Positions 28,706-41,563 of a stretch of DNA of 64,000 nt are shown here, piece after piece (position 1 is the first letter of the stretch; the number at the start of each line of letters is the position of its first letter). This DNA comes from Octopus vulgaris (taxonomy: Eukaryota). The notes below the pieces were generated by a model that was given only the letters and a program-made list of their open reading frames with translations, was not told the origin of the DNA and made no database searches. The stretch covers positions 13,392,001 through 13,456,000 of the forward strand of contig OX597837.1 in NCBI GenBank assembly GCA_951406725.2. The letters are read 5' to 3'. Position numbers and translations under genes: made by a program.

Positions 28706-28882
28706 TTCTATAGCATTTGAAATACAAATAGTAAGGCAAGCAGAGACCCCCTGAAATAATGAGTATGACCATGTGGACAGGGTTTCCAAGACAATTTTTT
28801 TTTTTTTACAAACAATAACAAAATTAAATTTCAGATAATCTTTAAAAGCAGAAAAATAATCAAATAAATAAAATATTCTTAC

Positions 28883-29033
28883 AGTCACATTTTTGTTTCC
28901 ACTACAAATTTTAGCATCACATAAACGCCGCTTCCTCCATAAACTTGCCAATGACTTCATCATCCCATCTGCGTGTTCTGGATCAACATAGGTTTTCTTG
29001 AAGACGGTTGCAGGGCGGGAAGAAGCGGAAAAG
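28883..29033 (-). CDS. BTB/POZ protein, constant exon C2 (start of BTB domain)
   Basis: tttgtatttaacag|C TTT TCC...AAT GTG ACT|gtaaga. Translates FSASSRPATVFKKTYVDPEHADGMMKSLASLWRKRRLCDAKICSGNKNVT (BTB N-terminal H...L..L.....LCD). Phase 2 in, phase 0 out. Confidence 0.88.
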
Positions 29034-29269
29034 CTGTTAAATACAAATGAGAGATTAACATGAATAGCATTGTCTATGTTTCCATCAGCACACACAGATC
29101 TCTATGTTAGTCACTGATTGTCCGTTTGTCTGTCCTTGTTTGTCCCCTCTGTGTTTAGCCCCTTGTGGGTAGTAAAGAAATATATATGTTAGTCACTGAT
29201 TTTACCTGTACTACAATGAATGCACACTTAATGCACTTGGCAATTTTGCTGCAAGTGGAACACTCAAAG

Positions 29270-29820
29270 ATTTGGAAGAGCAATACTTTGCATGGAATTC
29301 TGTTTTAAATTGAGAAAAAAATTTTATGGAGAATTTCCTAAAGCTGAAACGAGTCTACAGCAAGAATTGTTTGAAGCAGACACAGTGTCATGCGTGATGC
29401 CAGCGTTTAAAGTTGGGGAAAGCATGGACTAAAGATGACCTCAAATCTGGACAATCTTCTACAACAGACAACAATCACACTGAGAAAGTGATGAGCTGTG
29501 AAAAGTGTCACCTAACGATCCATGAGGTTTCTGAAGAAATAAGCAGCTGCAAAAATTCCAAGTTATGTGGTTTTAAAAGATGCATCTGTGTCATGTCCCC
29601 TGCCAGAGGAAGCAAAAGGAGAATTGAATCACAAGGAACTAAAAGCTGTTTGGTCCTTCAAATGTTGATGCAAGCTTTCACAAAAGCGTCATCACAAGAG
29701 AGCCTGTGGTTACAATGTCAAACTAACAAGACAAGCGATACGGTGGGGTTGGATCATCACCACAGCCAAAAAACATCATGTTGAGCTCACTCTAATATGG
29801 AAGTGGTCATGATAAGGTTT
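29270..29820 (+). pseudogene. Degenerate mariner transposase (HTH region)
   Basis: EQYFAWNSV/EFCFKL...FKVG...KDDLKSGQSSTT...CHLTIHEVSEE resembles the mariner N-terminus (EQR..IKFCFKLGK...F..G..S..DD.RSGRPSTS...RLTVRE.AEE). Stops and frameshifts. Confidence 0.65.
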
Positions 29821-30190
29821 TCGTGGGAAATACTGTGATAGGGATCACTTATACACCATGGGGAAGTGGGGAACTGGTCCTATGAGTCCTTGGACTGGAG
29901 ACATGTCCATAGGGTTGAAGATTGCTCCATCCACACAATATGGTAACGCTAGGAGACATAATAATAATCCTTTCTACTGTAGGCCTGCAATTTGTGGGGA
30001 GGGAGGAGCTAGTCGATTATACTGGCCCTGGTGAATAACTGGTACTTATTTCATTGACCCCAAAAGGATGAAACACAAAGTCAACCTTGGTGGAATTTGA
30101 ACTTAGAACATAAGGACGAAATGCCACTAAGCATTTTGCCCAGTGTGCTACCAGTTCTGCCAGTATGCTGCCTTAATAATAATAATAATA

Positions 30191-30232
<42 letters not shown>

Positions 30233-30239
30233 TTCTTAC

Positions 30240-30385
30240 CTTACAGACAAATCTTTTTCCTGATTTATTCTTATCTTGGAATTTTGGATTGTGTGCACTG
30301 GTTCTGGTTCGTAAGTCTCAACTTCAGGCTGACCAATAATAGCGCCAGTGGCTGCTGCTACAGCGGACTGAACCTCCATTGCCTC
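30240..30385 (-). CDS. BTB/POZ protein, constant exon C1 (shared phase-0 acceptor; internal ATG at 30379)
   Basis: ttgtttaatttacag|GAG GCA ATG GAG...TCT GTA AG|gtaaga. 146 nt open frame EAMEVQSAVAAATGAIIGQPEVETYEPEPVHTIQNSKIRINQEKDLSV. Its phase-2 end joins C2 (AG+C=Ser). Not in the supplied ORF track. Confidence 0.82.
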
Positions 30386-33300
30386 CTGTAAATTAAACAA
30401 ACAATCCAGTGAGAATACAGAAGAAAATCCACAAAAATAACATTGCTAAGGTCACCATCGTCCCCACGGTCATTTTCACATATTGTTGATTAGGGGTGGG
30501 CTAAGTTTGTGGTACAGCAGGACTTGATCCTTTGTTATTTCATCCAACCGATTCCATGTCAAAACTTCACATCTTGCACATTCGAGAATTTGTAGATGGC
30601 TCTGCAGTTTAAAAGCTTGCTCTAAAAACATGTGGTTTCGAGTTCAGTCCCACTGCACAGCACCTTGAACATGTGTCGTTTACTATAGCTGTAGAATGAC
30701 CAATGCCTTGTGCGTTGATTTGGTCAAGGGAAACTGTGTGGAAACCCATTGTGTATATACATGTGTGTGGTGGGGTGAGAGTGTGCTTGCCACCCTCACT
30801 GCATGACAGCTAGTGTTGGTTTGTTTACATCCCTATAACTCGGCAGTTTGGTAAAAGAGACGAACAAAAGTAAAAGACAAACGATCTAGTTGTTATCCAT
30901 CAACAGCATATGGTGGCACGTAAAAAGCACCACCTGATCGTGGCCGTTGCCAGCCTCGCCTGGCCTCCGTGCCGGTGGCACGTAAAAAGCATTATCCGAT
31001 CGTGGCCGTTTGCCAGCCTCGTCTGGCACCTGTGCCGGTGGCACGTAAAAAGCATTATCCGATCGTGGCCGTTTGCCAGCCTCGTCTGGCACCTGTGCCG
31101 GTGGCACGTAAAAAGCACCCACTACACTCACGGAGTGGTTGGCGTTAGGAAGGGCATCCAGCCGTAGAAACACTGCCAGATCAGACTGGAGCCTGGTGCA
31201 GCCTTCTGGCTTCCCAGACCCCAGTTGCACCGTCCAACCCATGCCAGCATGGGAAGCGGATGCTAAACGGTGATGATGATGATGATGTGCAGCCACCTCT
31301 CCATCAGCCAGTCCCATCATACCAAATCAGTCTTTTATGCCACAACAGATTTCCAGGCTGATCTCCCACAGTTAGAGCTCCATAAGTTTGATAAAGTAAA
31401 CAGTCAAACCATTGCAACTGCAATGAATCTGCAAATAGCTCCACACTTTTAGCAACAATCCAAAATGGCTCCAATTCCAACCAAGATATAAATAAACAAA
31501 AATATGAAAATCACAAACCTTAATACCTCAACCACCACTAATGATAACAGTAATAGAAATTTCTAACATAGGCGCACATGTGGTTTCAGGTTCAGTCCCA
31601 CACTGCAGCACCTTGGGCCAATGTCTTTTACTATAGCGCTAGGCCAACCAAAGCCATCTGAGTAGATTTGGTAGACAGAAACTGTAAGATGTGTGCTGTA
31701 CATCAGTGTGTGTGTGAGTTTGTGTCTCCTTGTTTTGACATCATATGTGAGTTGTAAACGAATGTCACTGTTATACAAGCAGTGTCATTCATTCTCAACA
31801 TTCTGCAAGAACATGTCTGGCTGTGAGGAAATCTTCCATTGCTTAAAAACAGTTGGCGGTTGGCAGCAGTTGAAAATCTGCCTCGATAAACTCTGTCCAA
31901 CCCATGCCAGCATAGAATGGTGAATGTTATGACGAACATAAATACAAACCCATCATCAAAAGGGAGGCAGGGTATAGTGAAGACGAATGATAAAACTCCC
32001 AAAAAGATATATGTGAATATGGAGAAAGCAAGAGGAAATGTCACAATACTCCTATATAATTCTGTCGTAGATATATTAAATAGGGCAATTATCCAGCCAA
32101 TTACAGAAAAATGTAATTAAAAAGTTCGACCAGCAGACAAGGTACAATCATGCTCTGTGATGTAGCAAATAGATTTGTGTACCTCCACTGGTGAAGACAA
32201 TTTGATCCTACTGAAGGGTAATATGCAGTAGTTGAATAACAACAAAAAAAAAGCAATTAAAAACATTCTGCGTCGGTTGATCTGGCTTAAAACAGGCACA
32301 GATTCCAAGGCATTGTTCTAACGAGAGTTATCTTCCCTTGCACCTAATTTGGAAAATGGTAAACACCATTGAAATTTCTTTTGTTCTTTAAATTTCTATT
32401 AAGACATCTTACCTTTTGGATCACTAAAAATCTTTTCATGGACCCTAGTCTGAGAAGCCCTTCAGCCACAAAATTGATTAACAATAAAACGTACTTTTGG
32501 CTTCCACCTTGAGAACAGACAAATGTGCTGCTTTGATTCATGGATGTCAACTTATGGTGCAAACATGGTGTTTTATATGTAAACTGATATATTATCTGCC
32601 TTATCCACAGTGAGTCATGTTTTGCTGCTTTTATTTGTTCACTAGTAATGCGGCTGATAACTTGAAGTAATTCCTAACCCTATCATCAGGTGTTAATCTA
32701 CCTGAAAACTGGTGTTAGAGGATTTAACAGTTGTGATTGTTGAGAATAAGTTCCTGACCATCAGAGAAAACAGTAGAAATAGTTACAAGTATCAGCAGAA
32801 ACAATGATTATCTGAGTGAATAGAGGAAAAGGGAATGCGTATGAGAGCTTAGTGATTTGACCATATAGGTCAATGGACTCTGCTGACCAAGTTAAAACTA
32901 TGGCTGTTGTATGAAGCACTGAGGAAACCAAACAAGAGCTTAGAGGTGGTTACATTACATGTTGTTCAGTGTATCAGAGTTTTTACTGAGGCTGATTTTC
33001 TATGGCTGGATAGCCAGCCTGTCACCAACCTTCACTTCCTTCTAAGTTAGATAATATTTACCCATGGCCAGATATGTTTTCACAGAATTTTGAGTACGAG
33101 TGGCACCGCTTGTATGACAGTGACACTCATTTACAACTAACATGCTATATCAAGACAAGGAGACACTAGCACACATACTGAATCCATTTACAAGGCATTG
33201 GTCAGTCTGTGCCTATAGCAGAAGACACTTGCTCAAGGTGCCTTACCATGGGACTGAGTCCAAGTAAAATAGCTTGGAGACCTACAAACCACAGGATCTA

Positions 33301-36282
33301 CGTAAATTTTCTGCTCTTTGTATTTTACAATAAATCTTTAAAACTAATTAACTCAGAATGTCCAAAGGTTTGTGTCACTGTAAAATTCCACACCTGAGAA
33401 ACCTTGCCCATATGCAGGTTACTAACAGAAATTCACCTATTAACAAATCATAGTATGTAATATTCTTTTCTGGCAGGAAAGAGAGATATTACTCTCAGTT
33501 CTAATATCACATTGAAATTTAGTTTGTGACATACAAAAGGTGCATATAAAGCAATTCAATGTAAAATTATGTACTACACATCACCATCAAATATTATAAA
33601 TCACAACACAAAATTTGAGGAAAGCCTTGAAAAGATAGAAGAGATGTTAATATTGGATCAACATACCCAGGTTTTAACTTTTTTGGATGGCCTCAATTGA
33701 ATTGGCAAAGGGCCAGATTCTCTCTACTGTAACAGCAAAACTAAACACAAGCAGTATCAAAAAGATGGTCCTCTTTACTAAGGGCCAACAACACAATGAA
33801 CCTCCTCTTCACAAATAATGTAGAATACATTAAAATAGCAATGACTATTCTCTACACTCTTCTCTGATCAAAACCTAGAATATGTGACCCAAAAGCTCAG
33901 CATTTCAACAACAAGCAGTCCAATTAAAAGAGGTTGTATGCAAGATAATAAAAGGATACAGATTGGAGTCTGGTGCAGCCATCTGGTTCGCCAGTCTTCA
34001 GTCAAATCGTCCAACCCATGCTTGCATGGAAAGCGGATGTTAAACGATGATGACTGAAGCATTTTATGTCATTAATGCAAGCTAAACTCATTAGATATTT
34101 CCCAAGGAGAAGAGGCAATCTTCCTAAAAATATTCCCAAAGATAGAATAACAATTTTCATACAACAAAGATGAAAATAACCTCAAATTGTTTAACCGGAT
34201 AAACTAGACAAACAAAAAGCCCTCTAACTGAAAATGAAATGAAATGCTTCCATTCAAAGGAAAAGAGTAAAAGAAACCAAAAATCTGATGAAGATTCACA
34301 AGAGACAGTTCTGGTGCATTACAAAATGAACCTTTGTTTCAAAGAAATGAACTACTCACAAGACACTCTGAAAAAGGTAAATGAAATACAAAATGAACAA
34401 TATTTTCACTATCCCACTCGTAACACGTACAAATAAACAAGCCAGATAATTTCTTCAATAATACTGTATCTCTGTATAAAGAAGTGGTAATTTTAGCAAT
34501 TTCATTGCTAAAATGAGCCTGGACCTGACAACAAGCCATTGTGGTTTTTTGGACTGCTCCATCCCACTTTCCTTGAAAGTCCTATCCATAAGGGACGAAG
34601 CAGAAATGCTAAAGGTTAAGCATATCTCACTGTCTTTAGATATCAGTAAGGAAATGTAAAGAACCACCAAAATTGAATTGATTCTATGCAAAGAAGAACC
34701 ACAATTCAGGAGAGTTTTTATCCAAATCAAAGTTACCTTTTTACACCTATTGTAGCATCATGATTCATCATCATCATCATCATCATTTAACGGCCGCTTT
34801 CCATGCTAGCATGGGTTGGACGATTTTGACTGAGGGCTGGCGAACCAGATGGCTGCAGCAGGCTTCAATCTTGATCTGGCAATATTTCTATAGCTGGATG
34901 CCCTTCCTAACGCCAACCACTCCGAGAGTGTAGTAGGTGTTTACGTGCCATCGGCACGGAGCCAGTCAAGCAGAACTGGCAACGAGCTCACTCGAATCTT
35001 TTACACATGCCACCAGCACAGGTACCAGTAAGATGATGCTGGTAACGATCACGCTCGAATGGTGTCTTTTACGTGCCACTGGCACGGAGGCCAGATACCC
35101 GCTCTGGCAATGATCACGCTCAGATGGTGCTCTTAACACCCTACTAGCACGGGCACCAGTGCCAGTAAGGCGACACTGGTAACGATCACACTCAAATGGT
35201 GCCTATTAAGTGCCACTGGCACGGAAGCCGGTTGAAAATTTTCAACCAGATGTGAACCTCCATTCCAGCAATCCAGATATTCCAAGCAGCTTCATAGGAA
35301 CACTGTGTGCTTTTGTAAGAAGTAGTTTACCATATGTGGTACAATGCTGCCTTTTGCATTTTTTTTTTATAAATGTCCAGATACTCACCAGCATGTCATC
35401 TCTATTTAGTACTCCTGTTTACTGTTTCATCATTATTATTCTGTTGCTCCACACCAGGCTCAGAGCTTTTGGTGAGTTCATTTGAGATACTCCAGGCTTC
35501 TGTATCAGTCATCTTGGTTTCGGAGAGCCAAATGGGAGGTGTGAGCAAGGGAATCATTGAAGATAAGATGCCAATCTATCCTCAATGCGTCTGAACAACA
35601 AAAGCAAGCATGGCTGTGTGGTTAAGAAGCTTGCTTCCCAACCATGTGATCTTGGGTTCAACCCCAATGCGCAGCACCTTAGGTAACTGTCTTCCACTAT
35701 AGCCCTGGGCTAACCAAAAACCTTGTGAGTGGATTTGGTGGACAGAAACTGAAAGAAACCCGTCATACATCATCATAATTTAACATCTGTGTTCAATGCT
35801 GGCATGGATTGGATGGTTTGACAGCCCAAGAAAGGCAGCGAGCTGGCAGAAACGTTAGCACGCCAGGTAAAATGCTTATTGGTATTTCGTCTGCCGTTAC
35901 GTTCTGTGTTCAAATTCCGCCGAGGTCTTCTTTGCTTTTCATCCTTTCGGGGTTGATTAAATAAGTACCAGTTTCGCACTTATAATCGACTTAATCCGTT
36001 TGTCCTTGTTTGTTCCCTCTGTGTTTAGCCCCTTTTGGGGAGTAAAGAAATAGGTTTGACAGCCCAAGAACTGCATCACCCCCCCCCCGTGTTTGCTTGC
36101 TGTGGTTTCTATGGCTGAATGCCCTTCCCAATGACAATCAGTTTACAGTGTGTACTGAGTGCTATTTTCATGCCAGCAGCACAAGTGAGGGCTGCCCTGC
36201 AGCTTGCAAGACTATGAACCGACAGAATAAGAACTGAATCCCTCTTAGGAATAAAAAGTGGGATCGATTTGATGGCCTAAAC

Positions 36283-36483
36283 CAGTGCTTTTCAAACTTT
36301 TTGCTGGAGCGGAACCCCAAGGAAACATTCCACTGGCTCGAGGAACCCCTGTGCAATAATTTAATAGTCTTATGCACACATATCTGCACAGGAGAATTAA
36401 AAACTACTGCTGATTTTAGCAGTTTTGTAACTTCTTGCGGAACCCATAGACTGTACTGGCGGAACCCTGGTTGAAAACCACTG
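36283..36483. mobile_element. hAT-type MITE
   Basis: CAGTGCTTTTCAA...TTGAAAACCACTG with perfect 8-bp TSD GCCTAAAC; inserted in a SINE. Confidence 0.85.
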
Positions 36484-37414
36484 GCCTAAACCCTTCGGGG
36501 TGATGCTCTAGCATGACCACAGCCCGCTGACTGAAACAAGTAAAAGATCTCGGAAACATTTATGACAATAAAATAAAACAATTATCTTTTTCTCATTTTT
36601 TTCTTCTTTTCCGAAACTTATTTTAAAGAAGCGTGTTGTCACACACGTACAAGCTGTTTGCGAATGTTATCAAAAGTATTTTGCCAACTTAAACACTTCA
36701 TTATCCTATCTTTAATATTTAACCCCATAAAATAAATTTCATTTATCTTTCGGGTGTGTGTTGCTTTTCATTTTTTTTTTTTTTTTTACCAACACTAGCA
36801 ACCGTTAAATTGTTGGCCCACCCCCCACAAGGCAATTCTTTCTTGATTTTGTTTCAATTTTATCTATCATCAAAATTATATATATATACCTACTGAAACA
36901 AAGAAAATTAAATAGAAGTTAGTCAAGTGAAAGCTAACATTCCCTTACTCGATCGTAAATATGATTGTACCAGCAGTTTCCTTCACCGTGTGTACATTTA
37001 AAAAAAATTATATTAGGAGTTGATTCGGCAAATATTAAAACAGCAGAGTACTGTAAAGAACCAAACATCGATGTTTTAATAATATAGATAAACCGAAAAT
37101 TAATTCCAAAAAAATCAATTAATTCCACACGTAATCAATTAACTGAGGAGGATTCAACAGTATGCCAAACTGCACCAATCTATCCGCTAGGCTTAGCCAA
37201 GTAAATAAAACTACCTGCAGTATGGAGACAAATGATGTCTAAGCAGGACATGTAGCATTTCTGTTCTCATGTAGGATCCAAAATAACGAGAAGCATGAAA
37301 GAATTTTAAAAAAAAACACCCAACATGGAAGTTGATGGACAAGATCCATCCTACCTCACACACACCACTTAGTGTTAATTATTGGAAACAGGCGACTCAA
37401 TACAATAGTAGAGA

Positions 37415-37484
<70 letters not shown>

Positions 37485-38101
37485 AATTTTGATTGAGTCA
37501 GTCCCTTCCTACTGAGTCTCGCCCGTGGGTGCACAGGGTCTTGGGGAAAATCATAGCTTGCCTGAAGAGCCTGTGTCCCTGCAGAGTAACAAGAGACCGA
37601 CTTGATCAAAATTGATATTTATATAATTCTACCCGCGGTACTTTCGCACCCGTACTCGTTATTTTCCCGTGTCTCTGTCATCTAACCGTCCTCAATTAAA
37701 TAATGGTGTTGTGTGTCGGGGATGTCGCAGTGCGGTGCCAGGTTCTCGATGAATCGAGTCGACACAAACCCAGTTTTGCTTACAAAACAGAATTGTTTCC
37801 ACTCCTTTAAAAACTGAAGCCTCAATAAACGACGATCGTTGTTTTGTATCCATTTGCACAAAATTTCAAACATTGCATAAAATGCTTTACAATAACCGAA
37901 ACCAGCTTCATTCAAACCTCGCCAGAATCGACGAGTTTTCAACTAAAGATCGATAAAACAAGAAGGATCGATTCAATAGACGTACTCCCTTTCCCTTATA
38001 AAATATAGATTTGTTTAATTAAATTTCTATCGTTAATAAACCAAGAGTTTCTGTCGGTTTAACATAAATTTGGGGGAAAAAAGGAAGTTAAAAAAACTCA
38101 C

Positions 38102-38200
38102 CTAAGTTTGGATAGACAGAGCTAGATAGACATTTTGCTCTTGTTCTATGAAAATAACACCAGGAAATCGAATTTCTGAAGGGTTCTAAGGTCAGTATTA
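38102..38200 (-). other. Candidate non-coding alternative first exon (V0) of the BTB gene
   Basis: Consensus donor CTTAG|GTGAGT at 38102/38101 in a repeat-free, CpG-containing stretch with ATCGATA (DRE-like) motifs near 37950 and 38226. The 5' boundary is a guess. Confidence 0.4.
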
Positions 38201-39363
38201 CTATATAAATCAATCATCTAAGAAGATCGATAATTGGAAATTTCTTTAGAAATCGTTAAACTACAGCATAAATATTTGAAGAACTACCTCTTAACCAAGT
38301 CGCTTTTCTATGTCAACCTCTGTTGAAATGTAAACAAAAACAGTGAAGTATGATCACATACGGCGAGTAACAGATCACCTTACATAAATACACACACACA
38401 GATCAACGATGGGGCCCTCTAAGAGAGTACTCGACCTACTAGAGATAGCAACCAAAGAAAGCTGCTTTTAAAAAAGCTGGGGAACATATTGGATGTATAG
38501 TCCGAGATACGGAATGCCCCGAGAAGACGGAATGGTCATTGCTGGAGCACCTTTGATTATAGGTCTCCTTACTACCCAGGCACTAACATTGTGTGTGTGT
38601 GGATATATAGGTAAATTTTTCGATATATATATATAACATAAAGTTAGGGGTTATGGGTGCAACCCACTAAGGGATAGCATTTATCCAATATACTGTTTGG
38701 TAAAGTACCCAAATTCTTAATACAAAAATGTTTTAAATTGCAATGCAATTAACTTATTGTATTAAACGGGTGAAGGTAAAGCAATATTTTACCGTTAATT
38801 TATAATACAAATAAGAAAATGGAGAAACATACATATATCTATATATACATATACATACATATATCTATATATACATATACATATATATATACATATCACC
38901 ATCTTACAGTTTGTTTTCTGGAACTATATAAACAAAAGGTGAACAAACTATGGAAAACGTTATCAATGCTGAGAGGCAGATTAAATATGGTATAAAATAT
39001 CAACTGCAAATTATATTAAAACCAAAACACCACATTATACAAACATATTAAACACTGCATCATATGTATTATTGAAATACAAAAGATACTTTTCCAATAA
39101 ATTTGCAATTAAGAAATATTTTGGTTGCTAAAAGAAATAACATTTTGAAATTGTATTTATATTATAAACAAAGGTACTTGTGTGTGTATATATATGTGGA
39201 CAGGAATATATAAAAGGTGCAGAGATATAAACATAGGGAGATGGGTGAAGTGTGTGTGTGCCCCACCATGGGGACACTGACAGACAACAAATCCTGCCAG
39301 GATTTTAATATTGAGGACTGGGTGTTTTAAGCGGATGATAGGAACACGAAAACACGCACTTAC

Positions 39364-40671
39364 CTGTCGGTTTAGAGCAATTTCACTCAAATTAGGCAGG
39401 TGGGGGAAAGTATTGTCAGTATCGGTCTGTACCATTGACACACGCAGGCCAGACGGGTGTGGGCTGTAATTCATAGAACCCGCATTCGTATCGTGGGTCG
39501 CCTGCATTTCGTGGGACGACAGGGTGTTTAGGCCAGATATTGAACTGATACCGGGCAAAGCGAGCGACTGAGATGGTGTCGTCAGAGAGCTGCTGGTACC
39601 TTGTTGGGGGTCGAACTGAAATGCATCGAACACCTGAAAGAGGACGAACTTGGCTGTTGCACGGATGCAGTGGTTTGTGTAGACCCGGGAGAGTTTGGCC
39701 GTAAGCGCTATCCTTTTCATCATCGTGGACAAAGCTTCTTTTCCGAGTGGAGATGCATTATACCAGATGGAGTCCTGGAAGGATGTGGTCCGAGGATGCT
39801 GGAACAGAGCTAACTCGTGCGGGTTTCGCTTCCGCAGGTAGCGCTCGAACGTGGCCACTGGGCACACGGCATTACCTGTAGCATACATTCTCGCACTGCG
39901 ACTGGAGTCTGGGGACAACGGGGAGCTGTTCGATTCGATGCTACATCCGTTGGTGTACTGAGACAATGATTTCCGTTTGTAGACGTATTTTCGACCATAT
40001 TCGTCGGTACCAAAGCCAAAATGGTGAGGGGTGAGATAGCGCTGGTTCTCCTGTCCCCGACGAAAGAAATAAAATGTAATTTCAAACCAGACCTTGTTGA
40101 GGAGGCCTTCTGGTGTGTTGGGGTTAAACACCTGACTGTGGGAATAGAGAGTAGCCATGTCAGCCTGGCTGATCGGCTCTTTGTGTTCGATCGACCCTTT
40201 GCCAGCTTCTTTCAGTCGCTTCAAAGCCACTTTAAACGACATGTTCGATTTACGGAATGCCGGGTCGTTGACGATGTTCACAGTTTTCAGGTAACGGTTT
40301 AGTCCATGGCGAAGTGCAACCAACGAGGAAAAACTATAGAACTGGCCGCCTTGTGTACGGACGTTGATGTAGAAATCAGAGAGCAGTTCATCCAACTCAC
40401 TCTTGGCCATATCTTCAATGGCAGTATTGATACCACGGCTATGGCAGAAGTCACGGAATATTTTCGCGCTGTACTTGGTGGCTTCTTTGGTTTTTTTGCT
40501 GTCATACTGATGGGGTTCTTTCGATGGTGGAGGCATGACCAATAGAGGGACATCTTCGTGAATAACTCCAGCCGATTGTAAAGGAATGTTAGTGCTAGCA
40601 AGCAGAGAGTTTGCAGTAGAAGTGCACGGCGGAGGAGTCGGCGACGACGAGTCTAGTGGATTGGAAGCCAT
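39364..40671 (-). CDS. Variable first exon V1: Crypton-derived tyrosine-recombinase-fold (DUF3504-like) domain
   Basis: ATG at 40671 (MASNPLDSS), 436 codons to AAC CGA CAG|gtaagt. Motifs FYINVRTQGGQFYSFSSLVALRHGLNRYL, TPEGLLNKVWF, FRRGQENQR, CPVATFERYL, WYNASPLGK, YTNHCIRAT are typical of Crypton/KCTD1/ZMYM/QRICH1 DUF3504. Confidence 0.85.
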
Positions 40672-40699
40672 TAGTAACCTTCTTCCGCACGGCACTACG

Positions 40700-41050
40700 T
40701 TCTAGTAGCGTGACGTCACGGCAACATAGATGCGTAGTGAGCACTACGAGAAGACATAGTGCCCCAACACTATAGAAGCCAAATAAATATTACAGATTTA
40801 TATAAAAGTTGCACGGATTTTTTCCCTCCTTGTAAATTTTTCGCACGGCTATATATTTCCGGGAATACTCTGCTTATACGTTGTTGAAAGAAAGCAAAGA
40901 AGCAAATTAATAGTCGATAGCACCTCTCCCACTATCTCTCTCAGTCTATCATACACATCACTATATCCTTATATGTTGCTGACCGCTTCACTCACAAAAG
41001 AAAAAAAATATATAAGATTAGTCCGCCGTGACGATAGAATGGCGGCCCAA
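40700..41050 (-). promoter_or_regulatory. Putative promoter of V1
   Basis: Perfect 12-bp palindrome CGTGACGTCACG (CRE core TGACGTCA) at 40709-40720, ~40 nt upstream of the ATG. YY1-like AATGGCGG at 41038-41045. Locally CpG-rich. No polypyrimidine acceptor before the ORF. Confidence 0.5.
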
Positions 41051-41329
41051 CTACAGACAATAACACAAGTCAGCTTAGTTAGTTAACTAATTAAATGTTG
41101 AGGAAGACGAAACGAAGAGGGGGGTGCGTGGATAGAAATACGTATTCCTTCAGAAGTAGGGTATATATATATTTACGGAAAATAACTGTGTTATCATAGA
41201 TTGGCGATGTAGCCCAAAAACATGAAGAAATAGTAATTATTAAATGACCATTTCAATATAATTTTACTAATTATTATTAAGCTGGTGTGGGTATATAATA
41301 TATATGTAGGAAAAAGAGATAGACAGATA

Positions 41330-41532
41330 TATGTATAAATGTGTGTGTGTGTGTGTATACATATCTATCTATACATCTATATCTATATATATATATATCT
41401 ATATATATATATGCATATCTATATATATATATGCATATCTATATATATATATATGCATATCTATATATATATGTATGCATATCTATATATATATATCTAT
41501 ACACACACATATATATCTATATCTATACACAC

Positions 41533-41563
<31 letters not shown>

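Noticed and set aside
34455-34730. Possible extra constant exon between the V exons and C1
   Set aside because: No clean acceptor/donor pair with an open phase-0 frame, and not needed because V donors already match C1.
37682-37942. 86-aa minus-strand ORF near the putative V0 promoter
   Set aside because: Non-ATG start, no recognisable domain, ends in a stop with no phase-0 donor.
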